From Candidatus Hydrogenedens sp. (GTDB lineage Bacteria; Hydrogenedentota; Hydrogenedentia; Hydrogenedentales; Hydrogenedentaceae): a DNA stretch of 54,313 nt. Below the pieces are notes generated by a model that saw nothing but the letters and a program-made list of their open reading frames with translations, did no database searches and was not told the DNA's origin. Where the stretch lies: assembly GCA_049968235.1 (NCBI GenBank), contig JBMFRC010000022.1, positions 1 to 54,313 on the forward strand, read 5' to 3'. The position numbers were made by a program, and so were the translations under genes. Positions 9,837 to 19,644 of this stretch are shown piece after piece (within the stretch, counting starts at the first letter, position 1; every line of letters begins with the position of its first letter).

Positions 9837-11291
9837 CTATTCCAATCCAAGTCGTTTGATTCTATATTGTAGGGTTGTTCGTTTAATTCCTAATAATTCA
9901 GCGGCACGAGTTTTGTTCCAATGGAACTTTTCTAAGGCTTTGAGGATTAGTTCTCTTTCCAGTCGTTCCGTATGCTGTTCCAGAGAAAGGTCTTCTTTAT
10001 CTTGTTGCTCATTTTTGATTTCGGATTCTACCTGTCGGTTTGTTTCTATATAGTTTTGTAATTCAAAAGGCATCTCATTTATCGTAACCTGAGGTCCTGT
10101 TGCTAAAACGATAGCACGTTCCATTATATTTTCCAATTCGCGGATATTACCGGGCCAGGGGTATCGTAAGAATAAATCAATAACCTCATCATCAACTTCA
10201 TATACCTCTTTTCGCAACTCCATACTAAATTTGTTTAAGAAATGTTCTACCAATGCCGGTATATCATCCGGTCGTTCCTTTAACGGCGGAACGTATATAG
10301 AAAACACGTTTAGGCGATAATAGAAATCTTCACGAAATGTTCCCTGAACAATTGCCTGTCTTAAATCACGATTCGTTGCAGCTACAATCCGCACGTCTAC
10401 TTTAATAGTTTCTGTTCCACCTACGCGTTCGAACTCTCCATCCTGAAGTACGCGTAGTAGTTTTACCTGAACACTGGGGTCAATTTCACCCACTTCATCG
10501 AGGAATAAAGTTCCCTTATGAGCCCGTTCGAATCGCCCTTCCCTTCTTGAAGTAGCCCCTGTAAATGCTCCCTTTTCATGACCGAATAGTTCGCTTTCCA
10601 GTAATGTTGGAGCTAATGACGCACAATTCAATGCGATAAAAGGTTCATCCCGTCGTGGACTTGCTTCGTGGAGAGCCCTTGCTACAAGTTCTTTCCCTAC
10701 ACCACTGGGACCTGTTATTAGAACCGAACTTTTGGTGGGTGCTACTCGTGCAATAATTTGACGTAGTTGTCTTGTTTGTGCACTTTCTCCTACCAGATGT
10801 TGCACAGAGGGATGTATCCATGTCTGGGCTCTGTTCGTATTTTTTATTTGTATTTGTTTTGCCAGTTTGGAAATTTTATTTTGTAAAACCGCCAATTGGA
10901 AGGGCTTTGTAATAAAATCGTGAGCCCCTAATCGCATTGCTTCAACAGCGATTTCGATAGTCCCATATGCGGTGATAATAATTACTTCTGTTTCGGGTGA
11001 TACACTTTTAACATAACGTAGGACATCCATACCTGACTTGCCGGGCATACTTAGGTCTGTAATCACAATGTGATATAAATGACGGGTGATTTTGTCTATA
11101 GCCTCCTCACCCGTAGATGCATTACTTACTTTGTAACCCATTTCCAGGAAAGTTTGAGAAAGCAAATTCCTCATATTTTCCCGGTCATCCACAATAAGAA
11201 TGTGAATAATGGCTTCTTTTTCCTGTGTGTTTGTTGACATATTTTTTAAATTTTCCTTCTCGGTTGGTGCTGAACAAATTGTGTTTTCCAT
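9837..11291 (-). CDS. sigma-54-dependent response regulator (NtrC family: REC + AAA+ + Fis HTH)
   Basis: ILIVDDRENMRNLL receiver domain; ITGPSGVGKELVARALH Walker A; GHEKGAFTGA (GAFTGA motif); C-terminal HTH LLGIKRTTLQYRIKRL. Confidence 0.9.
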   Translation of the reverse strand: MENTICSAPTEKENLKNMSTNTQEKEAIIHILIVDDRENMRNLLSQTFLEMGYKVSNASTGEEAIDKITRHLYHIVITDLSMPGKSGMDVLRYVKSVSPETEVIIITAYGTIEIAVEAMRLGAHDFITKPFQLAVLQNKISKLAKQIQIKNTNRAQTWIHPSVQHLVGESAQTRQLRQIIARVAPTKSSVLITGPSGVGKELVARALHEASPRRDEPFIALNCASLAPTLLESELFGHEKGAFTGATSRREGRFERAHKGTLFLDEVGEIDPSVQVKLLRVLQDGEFERVGGTETIKVDVRIVAATNRDLRQAIVQGTFREDFYYRLNVFSIYVPPLKERPDDIPALVEHFLNKFSMELRKEVYEVDDEVIDLFLRYPWPGNIRELENIMERAIVLATGPQVTINEMPFELQNYIETNRQVESEIKNEQQDKEDLSLEQHTERLERELILKALEKFHWNKTRAAELLGIKRTTLQYRIKRLGLE

Positions 11292-11293
11292 TG

Positions 11294-11611
11294 TTATCCA
11301 TTCCCAAATAGTTTTTCAAATTCCTTTTTTGCTTTATTTTTTTGTTCTTCCCATGAGGTATCCGAATTTCTTTCTTTCATTTCAAAATCATCACAGAAAT
11401 TCGGTCCTTCACGGTCTGCTATCTTTTCTGTATTGGGTATCATACAATCATTAGGTTTTCCCGGTGTATACCATCTACAGCTATTGCAACAATGCAAGTA
11501 TGCATTACATTTCGGACATGTTTCCTTTACCCCCGGCTGTTTTTTTGTAATGCTTTCCCAAGGATTTCCGCATCTATAGCAACTTTTCATCGAAAAATCC
11601 TTAAAAATCAA
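11294..11611 (-). CDS. small Cys-rich zinc-ribbon protein (hypothetical), directly upstream of and co-directional with the sigma-54 regulator
   Basis: It has 10+ cysteines in CxxC / CxxC / CCxxC arrangements (CYRCGNPW...CPKCNAYLHCCNSC...). There is a 2-bp gap to the downstream regulator gene. Confidence 0.5.
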   Translation of the reverse strand: MIFKDFSMKSCYRCGNPWESITKKQPGVKETCPKCNAYLHCCNSCRWYTPGKPNDCMIPNTEKIADREGPNFCDDFEMKERNSDTSWEEQKNKAKKEFEKLFGNG

Positions 11612-11720
11612 TTTTAATTAAAATATTACTTTTTAATTGGATTTGTCAAGTTATTTTTACTTTTATGTGGCTATCTTTAAAATGTTGTATAATTATAATA
11701 TAAAGCATAGAGGTAATAAA

Positions 11721-12029
11721 ATGTCATCTGCGGGGACGCAAAAGAAAAAACAAGTTAAAGATGAAAATTTAATAGAATTTCCGAGACTCTATCGGGTTTT
11801 ACTACATAATGACCATTATACGACTATGGAATTTGTTGTTTACATTTTAAAGACTATTTTTAATAAATCCCATGATGAGGCTGTTCGTATAATGTTAAAA
11901 GTTCACCGTGAAGGAATTGGAGTGGCAGGCATTTATGTTCGTTCTATTGCGGAAGCAAAGGTAGAATCGGTCCATCACATAGCCAGGGAAAACGGGTTCC
12001 CCTTAAAATGTTCCATTACCCCTGAATAA
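11721..12029 (+). CDS. clpS: ATP-dependent Clp protease adaptor ClpS
   Basis: PRLYRVLLHNDHYTTMEFVVYILKTIF...AVRIMLKVHREGIGVAGIY matches the ClpS core. The ATG at 11721 has an AGAGGT RBS, and the longer tracked ORF is probably an upstream extension. Confidence 0.9.
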   Translation: MSSAGTQKKKQVKDENLIEFPRLYRVLLHNDHYTTMEFVVYILKTIFNKSHDEAVRIMLKVHREGIGVAGIYVRSIAEAKVESVHHIARENGFPLKCSITPE

Positions 12030-12094
12030 TTTTTACAAAAATGATGTTATTATATGTGGATATACAATCGTTATAGTAGAAAAAGGCTACATAT

Positions 12095-14374
12095 ATGTTA
12101 AGTAAAGAAATACAAAAGGCTATAGGAAATGCGTTAAAAGAAGCAAGAAAAAGACGGCACGAGTATTTGTGTCCCGAACATTTGCTATATGTCTTATTGG
12201 ATGACCCTTATGGCAAGGAAATTCTCCAATACTGTGGATGCAATATTGAACGATTGCGAAAGAAACTAAATACTTTTTTCGATGAATATATTGCAAAAGT
12301 ACCTAAAAGTGTGGAATTGAATCTTCAACAAACACCTGCTTTTGACCGGTTAATCCAGCGTGCAGTATATCATGTTCAGAACTCAAGTAAGTCCGAAGTA
12401 GATGCGGGTGATATTCTTGCTGCATTGTTTGAGGAAGAAGATTCACATTCCGCATACTTTCTGTATCAAGAAGGTGTTACCCGCCTGGAAATTTTAGAAT
12501 ATATTTCTCATGCTAACCGTTATGAACGTTATGAACAGGGTCCAGATGTTGTTAGAGAACGAGAAAGGGAAAGAAAAACAAGTAGTGTTTTAGAGAGTTT
12601 TACAGTTAATCTTGTTCAGAAAGCACGAAAAGGGAAAATAGACCCGGTAATAGGTCGGGAAAAAGAGATTCAAAGGGCTATCCGTGTTCTTTGCAGACGA
12701 AGGAAAAACAATCCTGTTTTTGTGGGAGAACCCGGAGTAGGCAAGACAGCCATTGTCGAAGGATTAGCCCAGCGTATAGCAGACGGGAAAGTTCCTGATT
12801 CTATGAAAGATGTAGAATTATATATGGTTGATTTACCCGGTATGCTTGCAGGGACAAAGTATCGTGGAGACTTTGAACAAAGAATAAAAACTTTAATTAA
12901 TGAAGTATTGAAAAAGAAGAATGCTATACTCTACTTTGATGAAATCCACACTTTAGTGGGGGCAGGTAGTACAACAGAGTCCAGCATTGATGCAGCATCT
13001 ATTTTGAAGCCTTTTTTAGCAAGCGGTGAATTACATTGCATCGGGGCTACAACCTACGAAGAATTTAAGAATCATTTTGAAAAAGATAGAGCACTATCGA
13101 GACGGTTTCAGAAGATTGATGTTAATGAACCTACTATAGAAGAATGTATCCAGATTGTTCGTGGACTAAAAGGGCATTATGAACAACACCATAAAGTAGA
13201 ATTTACAGATGAAGCATTGGTCGCCTCAGTTGACCTATCCGCAAAGTATTTGAATGACCGTTTTCTGCCGGATAAGGCAGTAGATGTGCTGGATGAGTCC
13301 GCCGCAATGGTTCGTATTGAATCGAATGAATTTCCTATTACTGTGGATGTAAAAGATATTGAACGGACTATTGCTGATATGGCACAAATTCCATTACGCA
13401 CTGTTAATTCTGCCGACCGTGAGAAACTTAAGAACCTGGAAGGGGAATTAAAATCCGTTGTTTTTGGACAGGATGAAGCCATAGAAATGGTGGTGAAATC
13501 TATTCGCCGTTCTCGTGCCGGTTTAGGGAAACCTAATCGTCCGATAGGATGTTTTCTATTTACCGGACCTACCGGTGTTGGAAAAACAGAGGTTGCCAGA
13601 CAACTTGCTTTCATTTTAGGGAATCATTTCGCAAGATATGATATGAGTGAGTATATGGAAAAGCATGCAGTAGCACGATTAATCGGTGCTCCCCCAGGGT
13701 ATGTCGGATTTGAACAGGGCGGTATCCTTGTAGATGAGATACGCAGACATCCATACACGGTTCTTTTATTGGATGAAATAGAAAAGGCACATCCCGATTT
13801 GTTTAATATATTACTTCAAGTAATGGACGAAGCTACCTTGACTGATAATATGGGAAAGAAAGCAGATTTCCGAAATGTAATCCTTATTATGACTTCCAAT
13901 GCAGGTGCCCGTGAATTATATTCCCAATCTATCGGTTTCACAATGTCTCAAAGTGATGCAGAACGAAAAAGTTTGAAAGCCATTGAGCAAACAATGTCTC
14001 CAGAATTCCGTAACAGATTAGATGCTATCGTTTCATTTCATCCTTTGAACATTGAAGTAATGAAAATGATTGTAGATAAGTTTGTTAATCGTATTAAATC
14101 GCAACTCATAGAGAAACAAGTGGCGTTGGAATTAAGCCCAACTGCCCGTAGATGGTTAGCAGAAAGGGGATATGATGCTCGTTTGGGAGCAAGACCTTTA
14201 GCACGACTTATTCAGAAAGAGATTGAAACACCTCTTGCGGATGAGATATTGTTTGGCAAATTAGAGCATGGCGGATATGTATATATTGACATCTCGTCAG
14301 ACGATAGGATTCATTTTAATTTTAACCAGGATAAAACTACTTCAAATAAAAAAGAACCTCTTTCAACATTGTAG
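12095..14374 (+). CDS. clpA: ATP-dependent Clp protease ATP-binding subunit ClpA
   Basis: Clp N-domain plus two AAA+ modules (GEPGVGKTAIVEGLA; GPTGVGKTEVARQLA), 759 aa, immediately downstream of clpS. Confidence 0.95.
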   Translation: MLSKEIQKAIGNALKEARKRRHEYLCPEHLLYVLLDDPYGKEILQYCGCNIERLRKKLNTFFDEYIAKVPKSVELNLQQTPAFDRLIQRAVYHVQNSSKSEVDAGDILAALFEEEDSHSAYFLYQEGVTRLEILEYISHANRYERYEQGPDVVRERERERKTSSVLESFTVNLVQKARKGKIDPVIGREKEIQRAIRVLCRRRKNNPVFVGEPGVGKTAIVEGLAQRIADGKVPDSMKDVELYMVDLPGMLAGTKYRGDFEQRIKTLINEVLKKKNAILYFDEIHTLVGAGSTTESSIDAASILKPFLASGELHCIGATTYEEFKNHFEKDRALSRRFQKIDVNEPTIEECIQIVRGLKGHYEQHHKVEFTDEALVASVDLSAKYLNDRFLPDKAVDVLDESAAMVRIESNEFPITVDVKDIERTIADMAQIPLRTVNSADREKLKNLEGELKSVVFGQDEAIEMVVKSIRRSRAGLGKPNRPIGCFLFTGPTGVGKTEVARQLAFILGNHFARYDMSEYMEKHAVARLIGAPPGYVGFEQGGILVDEIRRHPYTVLLLDEIEKAHPDLFNILLQVMDEATLTDNMGKKADFRNVILIMTSNAGARELYSQSIGFTMSQSDAERKSLKAIEQTMSPEFRNRLDAIVSFHPLNIEVMKMIVDKFVNRIKSQLIEKQVALELSPTARRWLAERGYDARLGARPLARLIQKEIETPLADEILFGKLEHGGYVYIDISSDDRIHFNFNQDKTTSNKKEPLSTL

Positions 14375-15497
14375 GAAGTTCGGCAACAATTGTCCGGGGA
14401 TTTAATCGTAAACTAAACTCTGTATTTGTGGTATCCCAACAATATTTTTTACACTGAATTACTTTTTGCCTTACTGCGTGGAATTCTGCTGACCTCCATA
14501 TTTCATCTAAGGGTTGTTCTCGCAAAGATAGGTTACTTTCAATATCGCAACAGGCTCCTATTTTCCCATTAGGAGTAACAGTACAATCTAGAAAACCTGC
14601 AAAGCATGTAAAAATATTTTGCTGTATGAAACTTTTTGATATACCGCTATAGAAACGGTCCGAAGTTGTTAAAATCCCTTCTGTTTTGCAAAGATTTTTC
14701 GCTTTTGTTAATTCATTATCAAGTTCCTGAAGTTCTTTTTCGTTAAAAAATAATTCTTCCCATACCTTTTCGTTTTTATAACGGTGCAGAAGATTGGAAT
14801 GAATTGGTGCAAATTTTATTTGAACGGCCCCCAATTTTTTAGCAAGAGGAACAAGAGATGATATATCCTTAAAATTCGTCTTTGTCATGACCGTATTAAT
14901 GCTAACACGAATTTCAGGGGCAATACAGCGAATATTTTGAATACCGGCAATTGTTTTTTGATACTGCCCCTTCCCACGGATAGCATCATGGATCTTTTCA
15001 TTTGCACTATCCAGAGAGAAAGAAATTGTTTTTAGCCCGGAGTCGCGAAGTGTTTTCGCTCTATCTATATCAATAAGAGTCCCATTTGTGCATAAATGTG
15101 TAGATATTTTATTTTTCTCTGCACAACAAATAATTTCCTCAAGGTCTTTTCTTAATAAGGGTTCACCTCCGGATATGGAAATAATAAAAGTCCCCAGTTT
15201 TTTCGCTGATTGTATTATGGATTTCCATTCTTCCGTTGTTAATTCGTCAGGGTTAGAATGTTCCCGTAATTCACAAAGCCCACACATTACACAACGGAGG
15301 TTACAGCGATAGGTTACAAAAGCGATGAGGATAGGTAGGTAAGAAGGTATGGTTCTACGCCATCGGCTCCATAGAACATTTAATATTTTGAAACCTGAAT
15401 ATAAGGGAGCGATAAAACTCATTTTTAGTTCAGAAATAGTAGGTTCATGTTTGTCTCTGTTGAATACATTTATACACTTCTTCAAATACTGTATCAA
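14337..15497 (-). CDS. radical SAM protein with C-terminal SPASM-like Cys cluster
   Basis: CNLRCVMCGLCEL (CxxxCxxC), GGEPLL, and a C-terminal CFAGFLDCTVTPNGKIGACCD...CKKYCWD cluster. Confidence 0.75.
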   Translation of the reverse strand: MIQYLKKCINVFNRDKHEPTISELKMSFIAPLYSGFKILNVLWSRWRRTIPSYLPILIAFVTYRCNLRCVMCGLCELREHSNPDELTTEEWKSIIQSAKKLGTFIISISGGEPLLRKDLEEIICCAEKNKISTHLCTNGTLIDIDRAKTLRDSGLKTISFSLDSANEKIHDAIRGKGQYQKTIAGIQNIRCIAPEIRVSINTVMTKTNFKDISSLVPLAKKLGAVQIKFAPIHSNLLHRYKNEKVWEELFFNEKELQELDNELTKAKNLCKTEGILTTSDRFYSGISKSFIQQNIFTCFAGFLDCTVTPNGKIGACCDIESNLSLREQPLDEIWRSAEFHAVRQKVIQCKKYCWDTTNTEFSLRLNPRTIVAELPTMLKEVLFYLK

Positions 15498-16674
15498 CGG
15501 AAATAGATTTTAAACATATATTATTAGTGCAAAAAGAGAAGCGGTAATTATAGGCATTTAAACAGGGACTGCAGGCAAGATGAGCATAAAGGATATGAAC
15601 ATGTTTTCCCACAGGTGAAAACAGAATAGGCGTTTCAGGTCCGAATAAAACAACAATATTAATATCCGAAGTCGTTGCAAAATGAGCAGGTCCACTGTCG
15701 TTGGTCACAAGGACATCACAGAGGGTATAGAGAGTTAGCAAGTCCTCAAAATCTGTTTCTCCTGCAAGATTGATAAAATAATTTCCACCTAATTCGTTTT
15801 CAAACCTGGTTAATGATTCTCGTTCTTCTAAAAACCCTGTTAATACAAAAGTTATATCGGGATATTGGTCAATCAGTTTCTTTGCTAATTGGATATAATT
15901 TTCTATATCCCATTTTCGGACATGTAGCAGGTCATGTGTATTGGGGGTAAAAATAATATATGGTTTATTTTGATTTGTTACATTATCCTTTCCTAATAAT
16001 TTTTTCCACTTTTCCAATCGTTTATTGTCAGGTGTATAGCGTGGGATAATTATATCTTCATGGTAAAAGGGTACTTTTAACAGAGGTATTTCGCCGGGAG
16101 ATTCTTTCATTGCTTCGACCATTAAAAGGTAAGCATAACTTACATGTATATAGGGATTATAACCTACTTTATGTGTCATCAAATCCCCTCGATAAGGAGC
16201 ATCATGTAAGAACGCATGCATTCCTATTCGTGCTCTAGCACCACTCAAGAAGGAGATTATTGCCGAACCTCTTGAAAAGAATTCACAGTCAATAGCAGTA
16301 TCAATTCCTAATTTTCGACATTTAATAATATACTTTATTACATCACAAACAAGCGTCCAAAAATGGGATGTATCGATTTCTATAATATTTTCTTTCGGTA
16401 AAACTCCTAAAATAGGTAATACAAAACAGTTTTTATTAAAGGCACAAACATATACATTATTTTCCCCAACCCACCTTTTTGCTTTTTCAATCGCAGGGCA
16501 TGCCAGAACCATAGCCCCCTGTTCAATAAGTTTAATAAATAGAATCTTTTGAGGTTTGTGAAATTCAGTTTTGTATCTACAAAAAATATTTGTGAATTTA
16601 TTGAATATTGTTAATAAAAAACATAAAAAAACTCCTATCCAACGGTCTAAAAATCGTATAGTATCCGATTTCAA
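15445..16674 (-). CDS. glycosyltransferase family 9 (heptosyltransferase-like)
   Basis: The C-terminal TNDSGPAHFATT motif and overall GT9 layout. The start as tracked overlaps the radical SAM gene. Confidence 0.8.
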   Translation of the reverse strand: MKSDTIRFLDRWIGVFLCFLLTIFNKFTNIFCRYKTEFHKPQKILFIKLIEQGAMVLACPAIEKAKRWVGENNVYVCAFNKNCFVLPILGVLPKENIIEIDTSHFWTLVCDVIKYIIKCRKLGIDTAIDCEFFSRGSAIISFLSGARARIGMHAFLHDAPYRGDLMTHKVGYNPYIHVSYAYLLMVEAMKESPGEIPLLKVPFYHEDIIIPRYTPDNKRLEKWKKLLGKDNVTNQNKPYIIFTPNTHDLLHVRKWDIENYIQLAKKLIDQYPDITFVLTGFLEERESLTRFENELGGNYFINLAGETDFEDLLTLYTLCDVLVTNDSGPAHFATTSDINIVVLFGPETPILFSPVGKHVHILYAHLACSPCLNAYNYRFSFCTNNICLKSISVDTVFEEVYKCIQQRQT

Positions 16675-16698
16675 ATCCCTGCTCCTTTTGATAAGTTC

Positions 16699-17364
16699 TT
16701 AATTCTCTTTTTTTTCGGGAGATTGAATAATAAACTCGTAAACTCCTAATATAGGCTTAAAAGTGCCATCATCCATTTTTAATTGTATAATCTTGCCTCT
16801 TGCATCAAAAGCGGTCAATATAAAAGTTTTATTACCTATAACATCCGAAGGTAGATTAAAATTTCCAGTCCAGAGTCCATCACCTGCAACTTCATCTCCA
16901 TTTTGCCCATCATCTTTAAGGTCAAAAGAGATAGAAGTCCCAAATATGTTTACAGATACCGTGTCTACAATATTAAGGGTATCAGTTATTTTTGCAGATA
17001 GTTTTAAAGGTGTTCCAGCAGTAGGATATTCAGGTGCTATTTTTATTTCTGTAAATCCAATAGAAATACTTTCTTTTACTTCTTCTTTTGCTGTTTCACT
17101 GGAACTGTAGATATGTACTCGAAAAGGGTCTGTCTCTATCGGAGATGTAGATGCTCCTAATCCGGATTGTTTTAAACAATCAAGAACTTTTGCGATTTCA
17201 TCTATTGTTCCAGTAACACTTAGAGTCAATTCGAGGGCTTCAGTATGAATGAAACAAGAGAATGATAATGCTAAAAAGACAGACAAGCATAATACTTTTC
17301 GCATAGAAATTCCTCCTTTCAGAAATAAATGAATAAGAATATTTGTTTTTTGGTTATATATCAT
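16699..17364 (-). CDS. secreted hypothetical protein
   Basis: N-terminal signal peptide (MRKVLCLSVFLALSFSCFIH); no recognisable catalytic motif. Confidence 0.45.
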   Translation of the reverse strand: MIYNQKTNILIHLFLKGGISMRKVLCLSVFLALSFSCFIHTEALELTLSVTGTIDEIAKVLDCLKQSGLGASTSPIETDPFRVHIYSSSETAKEEVKESISIGFTEIKIAPEYPTAGTPLKLSAKITDTLNIVDTVSVNIFGTSISFDLKDDGQNGDEVAGDGLWTGNFNLPSDVIGNKTFILTAFDARGKIIQLKMDDGTFKPILGVYEFIIQSPEKKEN

Positions 17365-17448
17365 AATTTTATTTGTTTATACTAACTTACCTGTTTTACT
17401 ATATACAAAAAAAAGAAATATTTACAAAGAGAGAAAAGAGGATATGGT

Positions 17449-18261
17449 ATGTTAGCAAACAAATTTTTTATTGTTCCTATTGTTCTAATGATAGGTATTG
17501 TTGTTATTGGTATTTACTCATGGTTTTTTGCACAGCCTCGTTTGACCCGAGCCCAAATGGAAAAAGCGGAAGAAGCCCTGAAAAAGATAAAACAAATTGA
17601 AGAAGTAGCCAAAGAAGAAAATAAAACAAATCCGAACGATACAGGAAAAGATATGCAAAAACCAGTACCCTCAGAAAATCAAAATGTATCCCCTAATACA
17701 AACGCTGCGGAAGAAATTCCTATTGAAAAAATGCCTGAAAAGGCTCCCGATATATTCAAAGTTTGTTTTGAATGTTCTAACGGGAACTTTATTATAGAGT
17801 GTCGAAAAGAATTGGCTCCTATCGGTGTCGAACATTTTTACGAATTATTGAAAGTTAAATTTTATGATGGTGCTCGATTTTTCCGTGTAGTGCCGGGATT
17901 TGTCGTTCAATTTGGTATTGCGGGAGACCCACAATTAAATATGAAATATGGGGAAAAGACCATAAAAGATGAACCGGTTAAAACGAGCAACTTAAAAGGC
18001 ACAGTTACTTATGCCAAAACATCAATGCCGAATTCTCGCTCAACGCAATTATTTATAAATTTGGAAGATAATATTCGATTAGATTCAATGGGTTTTGCTC
18101 CCTTTGCCCGTGTTATTGAGGGAATGGAGGTTGTAAATCGAATTAATCCAAAGTATGGAGAGACTCCTGACCAGATGATGATAAAATTACAGGGCAACAA
18201 CTACTTAGAACGAATGTTTCCCGATTTAGATTATATTAAACGGGCATATTTTGTGAAATAA
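17449..18261 (+). CDS. cyclophilin-type peptidyl-prolyl cis-trans isomerase with N-terminal membrane anchor and low-complexity linker
   Basis: TM helix FIVPIVLMIGIVVIGIY; cyclophilin core FYDGARFFRVVPGFVVQFG...TQLFINL. Confidence 0.85.
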   Translation: MLANKFFIVPIVLMIGIVVIGIYSWFFAQPRLTRAQMEKAEEALKKIKQIEEVAKEENKTNPNDTGKDMQKPVPSENQNVSPNTNAAEEIPIEKMPEKAPDIFKVCFECSNGNFIIECRKELAPIGVEHFYELLKVKFYDGARFFRVVPGFVVQFGIAGDPQLNMKYGEKTIKDEPVKTSNLKGTVTYAKTSMPNSRSTQLFINLEDNIRLDSMGFAPFARVIEGMEVVNRINPKYGETPDQMMIKLQGNNYLERMFPDLDYIKRAYFVK

Positions 18262-18289
18262 TAGTGTTCAATAAAAATTCCACCTGTTT

Positions 18290-19129
18290 CTATTTTTTCT
18301 CATCGGGGTAGACGGGTAAGGGGATTCTTTTTACACTTTTCCGCGACAAAATTCCCAATAGAAAACGATAGGTTTTAGGGAAATGTCTCCCGAAGAAGAT
18401 AGAAAGGATTCCATGCTTTGTAATAATCAATTCAGGTTTTCGATGGTATAGTGCATAAACAATTTGTTTACCTGCTTTTTCTGTTGGCAGGACTAAAAAT
18501 GAAGGGACCGGGTCAGGACGGTCTGTCAATTCTCCATATTTATTTTTGTGCCGTATCTCACTTTTTACGAATCCTGGATTAATTAGAGTTACAGATACGC
18601 CCATAGGTTTCAGGTCATAATAGATACATTCTGAGAGAGCAACAACTGCAAATTTACTACTACAATAAGGGGCGGATAATGGAGTACAAACCCTCCCGGC
18701 GACACTTCCAACAATGCCCAATCTTCCTCTTTGCTTTATCAGAAAGGGAAGGGTTAATTCAATGGTATTAATAACACCAAAGAAATTTGTTTCAAACTGT
18801 CTGCGAAAATCTTCTACCTTCAATTGCAGAATATGTCCTGGTACGCCAATCCCTGCATTGGCTAACACTACATCTAATTTTCCCCATGTTTGGATTACTC
18901 TCTCTACGGCATTTTTTAATTCTTCGTAGTTTGTAACATCAGCGACAAAAAATTCTGCTATTCCTTTATTTTGAATAATAGTTTCTTTAACTTTTTTCAG
19001 ACGGTATTCTCTACGGGCAATTAGGGCTACCCGGGCTCCTTCTTTTGCAAATTCATAAGCAGTTGCTTCTCCAATACCAGAAGAAGCCCCTGTAATAAGA
19101 ACTACCTGGTCAGTAAATCTACCTGCCAT
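18290..19129 (-). CDS. short-chain dehydrogenase/reductase (SDR)
   Basis: VVLITGASSGIGEATAYEFAKEGARVALIARR (TGxxxGxG), NAG, and the YxxxK region. The start MAGRF has a strong AAAGGAGGG RBS, and the longer tracked ORF is probably an extension. Confidence 0.85.
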   Translation of the reverse strand: MAGRFTDQVVLITGASSGIGEATAYEFAKEGARVALIARREYRLKKVKETIIQNKGIAEFFVADVTNYEELKNAVERVIQTWGKLDVVLANAGIGVPGHILQLKVEDFRRQFETNFFGVINTIELTLPFLIKQRGRLGIVGSVAGRVCTPLSAPYCSSKFAVVALSECIYYDLKPMGVSVTLINPGFVKSEIRHKNKYGELTDRPDPVPSFLVLPTEKAGKQIVYALYHRKPELIITKHGILSIFFGRHFPKTYRFLLGILSRKSVKRIPLPVYPDEKK

Positions 19130-19143
19130 ATAACCCTCCTTTT

Positions 19144-19623
19144 TTAACGAAGTCTTTGTAAAGGTTGTCCATTGAAACAAAGTGTATTTCCACAAATATC
19201 TGCGGATACCGTCTGGTTGTTTCCCATATAAGAGACAGTTGCCACTATCTTATTTCCCTGTACCCTCCAACTTCCAGTAATATTTCCTACCATAGGATGG
19301 GAAGCAACTGCCTGTCCCCCGGGATTTAAACTAACCTGAACTACTCCGTAAGGAGTAGGAACGCTCCATGCGGTACCTGTAAAATCGGGTGGTCCCTGAG
19401 GAACAACAGGAGCCTGGTATTGCGTTTGTGGTGTTTGAGGAGGTGGAACTATGGGTGTAGAAACTGAAGGTGTGGGAGTTGATGAAACGCCAGAATTTTC
19501 AGTATTCGTTTTTGATGCAGGTTGAGGGGTACTGCTTGAAAGTTGATTTTTTAATCCTGCCACAAGGGGTAATCCTAAGATTACTGCGAGGACAATAAAA
19601 AAAATAATCAGTCCCCGTTTCAT
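19144..19623 (-). CDS. small secreted/anchored protein with Pro/Thr-rich linker (paralog 1)
   Basis: N-terminal hydrophobic anchor, Pro/Ser/Thr-rich linker, C-terminal domain with LNPGGQAVA...QGNKIVATV...CGNTLCFNGQ. Confidence 0.5.
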   Translation of the reverse strand: MKRGLIIFFIVLAVILGLPLVAGLKNQLSSSTPQPASKTNTENSGVSSTPTPSVSTPIVPPPQTPQTQYQAPVVPQGPPDFTGTAWSVPTPYGVVQVSLNPGGQAVASHPMVGNITGSWRVQGNKIVATVSYMGNNQTVSADICGNTLCFNGQPLQRLR

Positions 19624-19644
19624 AAAATTTCTCCTATATAAAGG

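Noticed and set aside
17373-17600. 75-aa ORF upstream of or overlapping the cyclophilin gene
   Set aside because: It overlaps the real N-terminal TM region of the PPIase in another frame and has no support.
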